Below, one piece after another: positions 50,861 to 59,126 of a stretch of 64,000 nucleotides of DNA. The notes beneath the pieces are model-generated. The model had not been told where the DNA came from and ran no database searches. It saw only the letters and a list, made by a program, of their open reading frames with translations. The DNA comes from a virus, in the IMG/VR virus record IMGVR_UViG_3300034101_003783, positions 32,001-96,000 of that record. One strand, given 5' to 3'. The translations under genes were made by a program, and so were the position numbers. Each line of letters opens with the position of its first letter. Position 1 is the first letter of the stretch.

Positions 50861-52768
50861 TTATCTCAATTCTCTTAAGTCGAATGTTCTAACTCCATCA
50901 ACTGTGATTCTTGCGTAGAATCTGTTATTAACCATTTTCTTAGCGTATCTTGTCATAATACCTTTGATTGGTGTGAAGTTGAATGGGTTGTACATTGTAG
51001 GTGTTAATTGTAGAGGTACGTACGGTGCGTAGATGTAACCTGTGTCTAACAATGATGTTCCTTTGTGTCCGATCAAAATTTGATTTGGTGGGAAGTAAGG
51101 ATCACGGTAAACTTGGTAACGTCCTGACAAAGTACCAACTCTTTCAATACCCATGTTATACTGATCTTGTTCAGGAGATGCGTTAGATACGTGGAAGTAC
51201 TCTAAGTCATCAAAGATAGCAGATACTTCAGAAGAAACAACGATCCAGTTAGCTCCACCTCTTAAAGTTGATTTGTGAATTTGAGCAGACAATTGGTTAA
51301 TTGCTGTAATCAAAGTCTGATTCCAATCTTTTTGAGTGTAAGAAGTTGTTAACTGTAGTCTTCTCCATCCGTTATAATCCCATCTTAGGTTCCAAGCCGC
51401 TCCTTTTCTAAGGTCTCTCAAGATTTCTCTATCGATTTCAGCCGCCACTTGTTCAGACAATAAAGCCGTTAATTCAGCTTCAGCGTCGATATTGTGGAAT
51501 GCCGCAACGTCTTGTGCTAATTCAGGTGACCATTGTGCTCTTAGTTTTCTTTCTGTAACAGATACAGTAACTGACTCAAGGTCAAAAGAAACTTCACCAA
51601 TTTGATCTTCGAATTCTAAGTTTTTATATCTTCTATATACCGCTTGGAATGGTGCAGTTGCCAAAGATTGACTACTATTATCACCAATGTCTTCTATTGT
51701 AGTACCTGTATAACCATCTAAAGTAGTTGCTCCACAATCAGCACATGCTGGACAAGAAAGATCTACTTCTAAGAAGATACAACCATCTTGTGAACAAATA
51801 TCATTGTAAGAACCTCCATTACCTGTTGAAGACCAAATAGTTGGTGTTGTAGTTGAGGTAGGTTGTACAATTCCTTTTCCATAAATTTGAGTAACAACTC
51901 TAAACAATAATGGAGCGGATAAAGTAGATAGAGGAGTAATAGGATCCAAATTAGGACATTGATTTCCTGCTGATAATTGATCTAAGTTAGCAACTATTTT
52001 AAGATCTGAAAGGAAAGTTTCAGTATCAATTTCATTACCATCAGGACCAATTAATTTTCCAACACCTGCATTATTAAATCCACAAAGTTTGATAATCATT
52101 TTTCTTGTATTTTGTCCATTAAACTCATCATCTGCCGGTACTAAATCAGAACCAGACCATACCATAGCAATGGCAGGTTGAGTAACTGCAGTCCATTGTC
52201 CTTTTGAATAATCGAATAACCCTGGAGGATCTAAAGACGCCTCAGAACCTTCGTAAAATAAATCATAAAGATTTTTTGTGTAAGGTGCGTTACCATTACC
52301 ATTAGGGAATGTAACAGTACCTGGATAACCTTGACCAACATTATTTGTATCATCAGCAAGTGCTTGAGGAGAACCAATTGGTGAGTAATGTACTCCACCG
52401 TCTGGTGCTGAAGGTGTTGCGTCAGGATTATATCCTTGGATACGAGGTACGAAGTAGAACAATTTACCAATAGGTAAGTTCATTGCTTGTACAGAAACGA
52501 TATCGTTCGCTAACAATTTAGAGAAAACTCTTCTTACGATAGGGAAAACAACTGTTTCGAATGCTCCGTTAGAAGTTTCAGAAGTTGCTTCGTTAATTAA
52601 GAAAGAAGCTTGGTTTTCATATAACTGTGCTACGTTTTCTTTTAGGTGGCCTCTAAGACCTTCAAGGAACCCTAATCTGTCCCATTTGTTAATTGTATCT
52701 TCTTTGATAACTTTAAGGTGCTTAAGACCAATGTTACCAACAAGACCTGATTCTAATAATGCTCCCAT
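50861..52768 (-). CDS. gp23: Major capsid protein, T4 gp23-like
   Basis: DIVSVQAM, RKLRAQWSPELAQD, EIDREI, YAPYVPL, GIMTRY. Confidence 0.95.
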   Translation of the reverse strand: MGALLESGLVGNIGLKHLKVIKEDTINKWDRLGFLEGLRGHLKENVAQLYENQASFLINEATSETSNGAFETVVFPIVRRVFSKLLANDIVSVQAMNLPIGKLFYFVPRIQGYNPDATPSAPDGGVHYSPIGSPQALADDTNNVGQGYPGTVTFPNGNGNAPYTKNLYDLFYEGSEASLDPPGLFDYSKGQWTAVTQPAIAMVWSGSDLVPADDEFNGQNTRKMIIKLCGFNNAGVGKLIGPDGNEIDTETFLSDLKIVANLDQLSAGNQCPNLDPITPLSTLSAPLLFRVVTQIYGKGIVQPTSTTTPTIWSSTGNGGSYNDICSQDGCIFLEVDLSCPACADCGATTLDGYTGTTIEDIGDNSSQSLATAPFQAVYRRYKNLEFEDQIGEVSFDLESVTVSVTERKLRAQWSPELAQDVAAFHNIDAEAELTALLSEQVAAEIDREILRDLRKGAAWNLRWDYNGWRRLQLTTSYTQKDWNQTLITAINQLSAQIHKSTLRGGANWIVVSSEVSAIFDDLEYFHVSNASPEQDQYNMGIERVGTLSGRYQVYRDPYFPPNQILIGHKGTSLLDTGYIYAPYVPLQLTPTMYNPFNFTPIKGIMTRYAKKMVNNRFYARITVDGVRTFDLRELR

Positions 52769-52811
52769 TTTTATTTGTTTTTTTTTAGCTTTATTTTTTA
52801 TTTATGTATAT

Positions 52812-52819
52812 TATAAATA
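52812..52819 (-). promoter_or_regulatory. TATTTATA putative late element upstream of the capsid gene (representative of about 18 sites)
   Basis: Same sense-strand motif precedes terminase, protease, scaffold, neck, fibre and other genes. Confidence 0.7.
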
Positions 52820-52838
52820 TACGTTTATTTTAAAAAGT

Positions 52839-54491
52839 TTATTTTAATTTACCCATTAAGTCTTTCATTCTTAAAAATTGAGGGTTTTCGTATGTTTTAG
52901 ATTCAATTAAATTAACCGCTGACCCTGTAGAGGGTGCTTTCATAACAGTTCTGTTAATAGATTCATTTATACTTTTATCAGACAATGTATTATTTGATAG
53001 TTCATTTTTAAGTATTTGATAAAGACTTTTGGATTCTTTTAAAGATTCAACGTTATCGAATCTTCTCAAAATATTAATTTTTTCTTGTTTTGTTGTTGAG
53101 TGTTCGGTAAACAATCTTGTTGCGTATGCCAAATTAGAATTAAAAACAGCTACTTCATTTAATTTTGTTCTAAACAAATCTAAAGCTTTTCTATATTCAT
53201 CGTTCTTTTCTCTTAGAATCTCAACTTCTTCTTTTAAATGTCTTGGTGCTGCAACTGGTTTATTTAAACCTTTTCTACCAAATCTTCTCCCAGCCCCTAA
53301 AGTTCTTGAAGCTTCTTTAGTTTCAGATTTTTTACCTCCTTTTATTTTGTTTATAATTTTCATAACAATTTCTGAATTAGGATCTTCATTATCGAAATCA
53401 AATTTAGCTTTACCTGATTTTCCATAACGTTTAGAACCTTCTTTCATTTTTGTATTAAATCCACCTTCTTGGTTTGGTTTTTTACTATATTTGAATTTAG
53501 ACGCACTACCTGTTTTTTGTTTAGATTCATTAACTTTGAATTTATCTGTTTCGTCACTCATACTTGACCAAGAGTCTTCACCAAGTTCATCTTCATAACT
53601 CATATCTTCATAAGTCATCATGTCTTCACCAAGTTCATCTTCATAACTCATATCTTCATAAGTCATCATGTCTTCACCAAGTTCATCATCGTACAATCCG
53701 TCCATGCCTTCATAAGTCATCATGTCTTCACCAAGTTCATCATCGTACAATCCGTCCATGCCTTCATAAGTCATCATGTCTTCACCAAGTTCATCTTCAT
53801 AACTCATATCTTCATAAGTCATCATGTCTTCACCAAGTTCATCTTCATAACTCATATCTTCATAAGTCATCATGTCTTCACCTAAACCAATGTCACCACC
53901 CATAGAGTCATCTCCGACCTCAAGTTCATATAAAGTTTCTTCACTATCAAACTCATTTAAATAATCTTCTTCAGATTCATTAAGTTTTATAATGTATTCT
54001 GTGTCATTTTCCATATCCTTTAAGTCATAGTAATCTCCAATTTTCTCAATTGAAACTTTATCGTTTTTACCCATTTTTGAAAAGACGATAGCAACATCTT
54101 CGTCACTTGCTCCTCTCATGTCAATGGTTTCTTCGTCGTCAGCCCCTACCATACCAACATCCGCCATTTCGTCGTCTTCTACGTCATCCATTTCGTCGTC
54201 TTCTACGTCATCCATTTCGTCGTCTTCTACGTCATCCATTTCGTCGTCTTCTACGTCAAAAGTTTCTTCATCATCAACCTCAACGTCTTCTTCTCCCTCA
54301 GGCGATGCAATAACCGCCTCTTCTTCATCATCAACCTCAACCTCATCTTGTTCTTTCAGAGATTCTTTTACTAAAGAATTGATTTCTTGCCTCATTGTCG
54401 ATGCAAGTATTCCTTTTGCATTTTCTTTAAGAGCGTCCTCCAAATTTTTCATTTGAATAACTGCCTCTTCTACTACTGTTTTTCTACTCAT
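52839..54491 (-). CDS. Prohead core/scaffold protein (gp22-like) with acidic tandem repeats
   Basis: Lies between protease and capsid genes; extremely acidic; coiled-coil C-terminus. Confidence 0.75.
   Translation of the reverse strand: MSRKTVVEEAVIQMKNLEDALKENAKGILASTMRQEINSLVKESLKEQDEVEVDDEEEAVIASPEGEEDVEVDDEETFDVEDDEMDDVEDDEMDDVEDDEMDDVEDDEMADVGMVGADDEETIDMRGASDEDVAIVFSKMGKNDKVSIEKIGDYYDLKDMENDTEYIIKLNESEEDYLNEFDSEETLYELEVGDDSMGGDIGLGEDMMTYEDMSYEDELGEDMMTYEDMSYEDELGEDMMTYEGMDGLYDDELGEDMMTYEGMDGLYDDELGEDMMTYEDMSYEDELGEDMMTYEDMSYEDELGEDSWSSMSDETDKFKVNESKQKTGSASKFKYSKKPNQEGGFNTKMKEGSKRYGKSGKAKFDFDNEDPNSEIVMKIINKIKGGKKSETKEASRTLGAGRRFGRKGLNKPVAAPRHLKEEVEILREKNDEYRKALDLFRTKLNEVAVFNSNLAYATRLFTEHSTTKQEKINILRRFDNVESLKESKSLYQILKNELSNNTLSDKSINESINRTVMKAPSTGSAVNLIESKTYENPQFLRMKDLMGKLK
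53575..53880 (-). repeat. Coding tandem repeat of 48-bp (A) and 54-bp (B) units, order AABBAA
   Basis: EDMMTYEDMSYEDELG x4 and EDMMTYEGMDGLYDDELG x2. Confidence 0.9.
54164..54258 (-). repeat. Coding 24-bp tandem repeat, about 4 copies
   Basis: DVEDDEMD units. Confidence 0.9.
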
Positions 54492-54559
54492 TTATAGTTT
54501 GTTTTATCAAATAAATATAATGACTTTAGAAAAAAATCATTTTTTTTAATAATGAGAAT

Positions 54560-54595
54560 AAAAAAAGGGGAAAAGTTTAAAACTAATCCCCTTTT
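54560..54595 (-). terminator. Probable terminator
   Basis: AAAAGGGGA...TCCCCTTTT inverted repeat flanked by A/T runs. Confidence 0.6.
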
Positions 54596-54617
54596 GAAAA
54601 TTTTAAAAACCTAAAAG

Positions 54618-54833
54618 TTATTCTATCACCTCATCTATTTTACTTTCGGTAATTGAAGTAATCCTCCAATCCATGGTGTAATTTTCATAAACTTTAGTTA
54701 CTTTAGCTTCTACATCAGTTGGTGTATAACCCAATACTAACTTTTCTTCTTTTACTTTTTTAACTTTACCTGATTCTGAATCTAATAAATCAGATGTAAT
54801 TTTTGCGACAAAATATTTTTCTCCTTGTTCCAT
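54618..54833 (-). CDS. Small protein, possibly DUF4494-like
   Basis: YFVAKI...GKVKKVKEEKLV...TDVEAKV pattern. Confidence 0.5.
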   Translation of the reverse strand: MEQGEKYFVAKITSDLLDSESGKVKKVKEEKLVLGYTPTDVEAKVTKVYENYTMDWRITSITESKIDEVIE

Positions 54834-54841
54834 AATTTTAT

Positions 54842-55555
54842 TTATTTCAAATAATCGGACAATCTTTTCATTAAGTCAAGAGATTTATTTCCAGTTTCTC
54901 CAATATTTCTTTCTACTGCCATTTTTTTATCTTCTTCTAAATTTTCATCAAATTTTATTCTATCATTTTTATCTAAAAATAGATAAGCCCCTGGAGTTGA
55001 TGGTGATGATACTAAATCAAAACAAATAAGTTCAAAATCATCCTGTACTTCGTTTTGTTCCCCAACCTTTTTTAATGAACCAACTCCCCTAGAAGATATA
55101 CCTAAAGTAACACCTTGTCTTAAGTAGTTAGCTGCCATATCCCCTTTTGTTGATACAATCCCTCTTTCGTGAAATCCAGGACTTGTAAGTAATTTTAATT
55201 TTCCTAAAAGTACAGGACCGTCCCACCATACCTCAGTTATTATATGAGACACTCTATCAAGATCTATAAGTGAAGATTCAGGGTGATTAAGTTCTGACAG
55301 AGAAGTTCCTTTCTCAATCAATTTTTTATAATTTTCGGCCTCTCTTTTTAATACTTTTTCTGGATATATTCTACCATTTCTATTTGGTGTATTATATTTT
55401 TGTAAAACAGCGTAAAATTCAAATGGTTTTGAGTGGTCTAAAAATGTTTTAGATTCCATTATGTAGTGATTACTTTCTGTTTTTGGGTTGATATACCCAG
55501 CGTCGTATTCAATAAGGATTCCTTTACCGGTTTCGTTTGGTCCTAAAATTTTCAT
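54842..55555 (-). CDS. gp21: Prohead protease, T4 gp21-like
   Basis: NRNGRIYP, ELNHP, VSH, GISSRGVGS, DLVSSPS. Confidence 0.93.
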   Translation of the reverse strand: MKILGPNETGKGILIEYDAGYINPKTESNHYIMESKTFLDHSKPFEFYAVLQKYNTPNRNGRIYPEKVLKREAENYKKLIEKGTSLSELNHPESSLIDLDRVSHIITEVWWDGPVLLGKLKLLTSPGFHERGIVSTKGDMAANYLRQGVTLGISSRGVGSLKKVGEQNEVQDDFELICFDLVSSPSTPGAYLFLDKNDRIKFDENLEEDKKMAVERNIGETGNKSLDLMKRLSDYLK

Positions 55556-55576
55556 GTTTAAATTTTATTATAAATA

Positions 55577-56044
55577 TTAAACTTTTTCGGTTTTTACCTT
55601 TATTTGTTTAGAATTTCCATTTTTAGTTAAATAACATTTAAAATATTCATTTTTATTTAGAACATCATCATATATGTTTTTAATTAAAGATTTTAGTGAT
55701 TTTTTTAATTTTGGCGACTTAAAGTCAATTTCTTCTACCAAATAAAAATTTATTTCTAAATTCATAAATGATTTCTTTTTTAGTTGTAATCCGCTTGTCC
55801 TTAAATCAAGATCAACAATAAATTTTTCATCTAACAAATTCCTATCTACATTATGGTAAATAGTGTGTTTTATTGATCTATTCATGTTTAAAACAACCCT
55901 CGTCCAATTTTCCGAGTCTTTTTTTGGTTCTACCCAAGTTTGTAAGTTTAAATAAAGTGATTTAAATTCTTTTGAGTCTACAGTCCCATATGTAATTTTT
56001 GATGTTCTGAATCCATTGATTTTTGTCGTTTTTCCTTTTTTCAT
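55577..56044 (-). CDS. Hypothetical protein
   Basis: 155-aa ORF within the head module. Confidence 0.6.
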   Translation of the reverse strand: MKKGKTTKINGFRTSKITYGTVDSKEFKSLYLNLQTWVEPKKDSENWTRVVLNMNRSIKHTIYHNVDRNLLDEKFIVDLDLRTSGLQLKKKSFMNLEINFYLVEEIDFKSPKLKKSLKSLIKNIYDDVLNKNEYFKCYLTKNGNSKQIKVKTEKV

Positions 56045-56133
56045 ATTTTTTTTTCATGTCGAAATAGTTTATTTTAAATAAATTTACTTAATTTTGGAGT
56101 ATATATCAATATAAATAAATTTATAATCAACAT

Positions 56134-56319
56134 ATGTTAATAGTCAAAGTAAAGAAAGGTGATATTGAGAGATCTTTAAAAGAGTTAAAAAGTAAGGTAA
56201 TTAAAACAAGACAAAATAGTTTATTAAATGATCTAAAAGAATATAAAAAAAAATCTGTCATTAAAAGACAGATTTTAAATAAAGCAAAATATCGACAAAA
56301 AAACTTTAATAATCTTTAA
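56134..56319 (+). CDS. rpsU: Phage-encoded ribosomal protein bS21
   Basis: MLIVKVKKGDIERSLK...K.SVIKR...KAKY aligns by eye with Bacteroidetes bS21. Confidence 0.85.
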   Translation: MLIVKVKKGDIERSLKELKSKVIKTRQNSLLNDLKEYKKKSVIKRQILNKAKYRQKNFNNL

Positions 56320-57038
56320 AGACTTTCATTTAAATTTTTTAGTTTAACATATGAAATTTTATTAAAAGTTTCATTTTTAACTTTTTCTATTGTCTCTAAT
56401 ATTGTTTTCTTTACTTCGTTATCGGACTCAGAAATTAAGATACTATCAAGTCTTTTTAATGTATTTTCTTTAATAAAGTCAAATTTAACGATAAGTTTAT
56501 TTTCATCCTCTTTTATAATTGTCATTAATTCTTTTTTTTCAGATTCGCTAATATTTGATAAAAATTCATTTACCGTTTTATTTGCAACATCCACCATATC
56601 TTGTAAAGGAACATTAATTATTTTTCCTTTTTCCGATATAACCTCCACAGACTTTAAAGACTCAACAATTTTTTTTCTACTTTGTAATTTATTTTCTAAC
56701 ATAACAACACTATTAGAAAATAAATTATCAATCTCCTCATAGTTATTTTTAGTTTTTATGTTATTAATCCACATTTTAATTTCTTCTAAATTTTTTTTAG
56801 AAATTTTATTAAAAGTGTTTTCATAAATAATAATTGACTCATTAATAAAATCATTTGCAACGGATTCTGATAACCCTTTCTTTGAAGAAAGTTCGTCATA
56901 CAAAAAATAAAGTTTACTTATATTTTTATTTTTTTTTACTAATTCGTTAAATATAAAAATATTATCTTTAAATGTATTTTTATTGTATGATTCAATTAAA
57001 CACTTTTCTATTTTAGATTTTAAAATTCCAAACTTCAT
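56316..57038 (-). CDS. Hypothetical head-module protein
   Basis: Helical; several LxE/IxE motifs. Confidence 0.6.
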   Translation of the reverse strand: MKFGILKSKIEKCLIESYNKNTFKDNIFIFNELVKKNKNISKLYFLYDELSSKKGLSESVANDFINESIIIYENTFNKISKKNLEEIKMWINNIKTKNNYEEIDNLFSNSVVMLENKLQSRKKIVESLKSVEVISEKGKIINVPLQDMVDVANKTVNEFLSNISESEKKELMTIIKEDENKLIVKFDFIKENTLKRLDSILISESDNEVKKTILETIEKVKNETFNKISYVKLKNLNESL

Positions 57039-57058
57039 AATTTTTTTTATTATAAATA

Positions 57059-58876
57059 TTAGCTATTTAGTAATTTATCTAACTCGTTTTCTATATCCCC
57101 TAAAGAATTTGAGGCTTTTGATAAATCTATATACTCATCTTCTGTTATATCGTCACTTTCTAAAAGTAAATTTAAATTATCTTTTTTAAAGTTTTCAGGG
57201 ATTGGGGGTCCTCCGCCTTCAGCTCCTCCCCCTCCTGGCGGTGGTGGTGGTGCCCCTCCTGGCGGTGGTGGTGCTCCTGCTCCTCCTTCGGCTGGTGCCG
57301 CTCCCGCGGTTTGGGTGCTACCTGTTTGTACTTTATACAATTTGTCCACAGTATCAAAGAAACCTGTGTGTGTTATGATGGTTGGGGTATTTGCTAATTC
57401 AGCGGCCACCGCTCTTTCTAATCTTATTTGTTGTAATTCCATTTTAATTTCTTCATCTGAGAATCCAAAAATATGTTTCTTAGCCCAAGTTGCCGATGTT
57501 GGTTGTAATGAGTTAGGTATTTCTGTAACCATATCTTTATATAACAAAACTTTTTCTTTCCAAACCTCAACCATTAATAAATCAGCTTGTTTAGATGGGT
57601 TGGTTAAACCTAATGTAAAGTTTTGTAATTCATCTTCAAATCCTAAAAGGAATAAATGTATAATTGCAATTTTATTTAATTCAGCAATAACACTTTTTTG
57701 TATTTTGTGTATTGTTCTTGCAAATCTAATATCAAGTAATGAAAGATTTTTTCCATCACCAACAGGTTCCTCAAAACCTAAATAAGCTTTAGGTATTCTT
57801 AATGCGGTTAAAAGTTTCTTTTGTATATATTCAATATCGGCAATTTCCGATAAGTTAGCGGCCCCTGCCAATGTTTCAATTGGCATTGTTTGTGTTGCAT
57901 CTCTTACAGGTATAAAGTAATCTTGGTCAACTGCCATCTGATTAAATCTTAAATCTACGTTACCAGTTTTAGAATCAACAATTTGATCTCTTTTAAATTT
58001 GTTTGCAACTCTTTGTACGTAAGCTTCAACATCCTTATCATCCATGTTACCAACATAAACCTTAAACACACGTCTTTCAGGTGCTCTTGATGTTCTATAT
58101 ATTAACATCGCGTCTTCAGCAAGCACCAACTGTTTCCATATACGTCTGGCCTTTTCTAACATAGAAGTACCATAAGGTAATTTTCTATCATCTCCTAGTA
58201 ATCTAAAATGAGCTATCTCCCAAGTGTTGAATTCCATGTCTTTGTTTTTCCATACAAACCTTAGATTTTTTTCTTTCATAGATGGAGTTGTATTTGTAGA
58301 TCTTGTCTCCATACCACGCTCTAATCTTTCGATTTCAATATTTGGTAATTGCATACAACTTACAACTCCTTTTTCAGGATCAAGTTTTAGATATACAAAA
58401 TTATCACCATACTTACACATGTTTCTTACCCACATTTGTAAGTTTGTGTTTATATCTAAATTATTATTAAATAAATCAACTAAAATACTTTTTATTCTTT
58501 TTGATTCAGAATAAACTTGTAAAATATAACCATCATGATTTGATGTTGTAGATTCTTCTGCATATATATCTAAAGCTGTAGATATTTCAGGAGTATATTC
58601 CATTGATTCATAATCATAAAAAGCCGATATTCTATTTGGTTCATAATAAACCGCCTGACTATATAAATTATTCTCAATTTTTTTCCAATTGTCATTTAAA
58701 AATAAAGTTTGTTGTATCTCTAATTTTTCTTTTTCAAATTGGGACTTATCTGTTGTTTTTAAAATTTCTTTTTTATCAAATTTATAAACAGGATCATCCA
58801 TCCCCAATAAAGAATTGGGTCCAAATGTTTTGGATAACCTTTGCCAAACCGTTAAATCTTTTTTATTTTCTTCCAT
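57059..58876 (-). CDS. gp20: Portal protein, T4 gp20-like
   Basis: EDAMLIYRTSRAPERRVF, DYFIP, IETLAG; Gly/Pro-rich tail. Confidence 0.93.
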   Translation of the reverse strand: MEENKKDLTVWQRLSKTFGPNSLLGMDDPVYKFDKKEILKTTDKSQFEKEKLEIQQTLFLNDNWKKIENNLYSQAVYYEPNRISAFYDYESMEYTPEISTALDIYAEESTTSNHDGYILQVYSESKRIKSILVDLFNNNLDINTNLQMWVRNMCKYGDNFVYLKLDPEKGVVSCMQLPNIEIERLERGMETRSTNTTPSMKEKNLRFVWKNKDMEFNTWEIAHFRLLGDDRKLPYGTSMLEKARRIWKQLVLAEDAMLIYRTSRAPERRVFKVYVGNMDDKDVEAYVQRVANKFKRDQIVDSKTGNVDLRFNQMAVDQDYFIPVRDATQTMPIETLAGAANLSEIADIEYIQKKLLTALRIPKAYLGFEEPVGDGKNLSLLDIRFARTIHKIQKSVIAELNKIAIIHLFLLGFEDELQNFTLGLTNPSKQADLLMVEVWKEKVLLYKDMVTEIPNSLQPTSATWAKKHIFGFSDEEIKMELQQIRLERAVAAELANTPTIITHTGFFDTVDKLYKVQTGSTQTAGAAPAEGGAGAPPPPGGAPPPPPGGGGAEGGGPPIPENFKKDNLNLLLESDDITEDEYIDLSKASNSLGDIENELDKLLNS

Positions 58877-58941
58877 ATGTAAAATTTAACTTATATTTTT
58901 TTAATATAAAGTTTATTGTGATATATTATAATTATATTACA

Positions 58942-59112
58942 TTAGACTAATTTTGTTGTTGTTGTGGTTGTTATGAAATCAATGGTGTTATACTGACTTT
59001 TTTTTCTAAAAGTAGGCTCTATTATTTTAACCGAATATATTCCTTCACCATTAACAATCAAGTTTGATCCCCCAATTATTTTTCCACTTTTTTTTCTCCT
59101 TATACTACCCAT
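58942..59112 (-). CDS. Unannotated 56-aa protein ending in poly-Thr
   Basis: MGSIRRKKSGKIIGGSNLIVNG...FITTTTTTKLV; TATTTATA immediately upstream. Confidence 0.6.
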   Translation of the reverse strand: MGSIRRKKSGKIIGGSNLIVNGEGIYSVKIIEPTFRKKSQYNTIDFITTTTTTKLV

Positions 59113-59126
59113 AGCTATAAATATTA

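Noticed and set aside
53575-53880. Possible CRISPR array
   Set aside because: Units are in-frame coding repeats with no unique spacers, and no cas genes are present
56110-56117. Canonical T4-sense TATAAATA promoter for bS21
   Set aside because: Lies in a divergent gap and reads equally as TATTTATA for the minus-strand gene at 56044; orientation cannot be assigned
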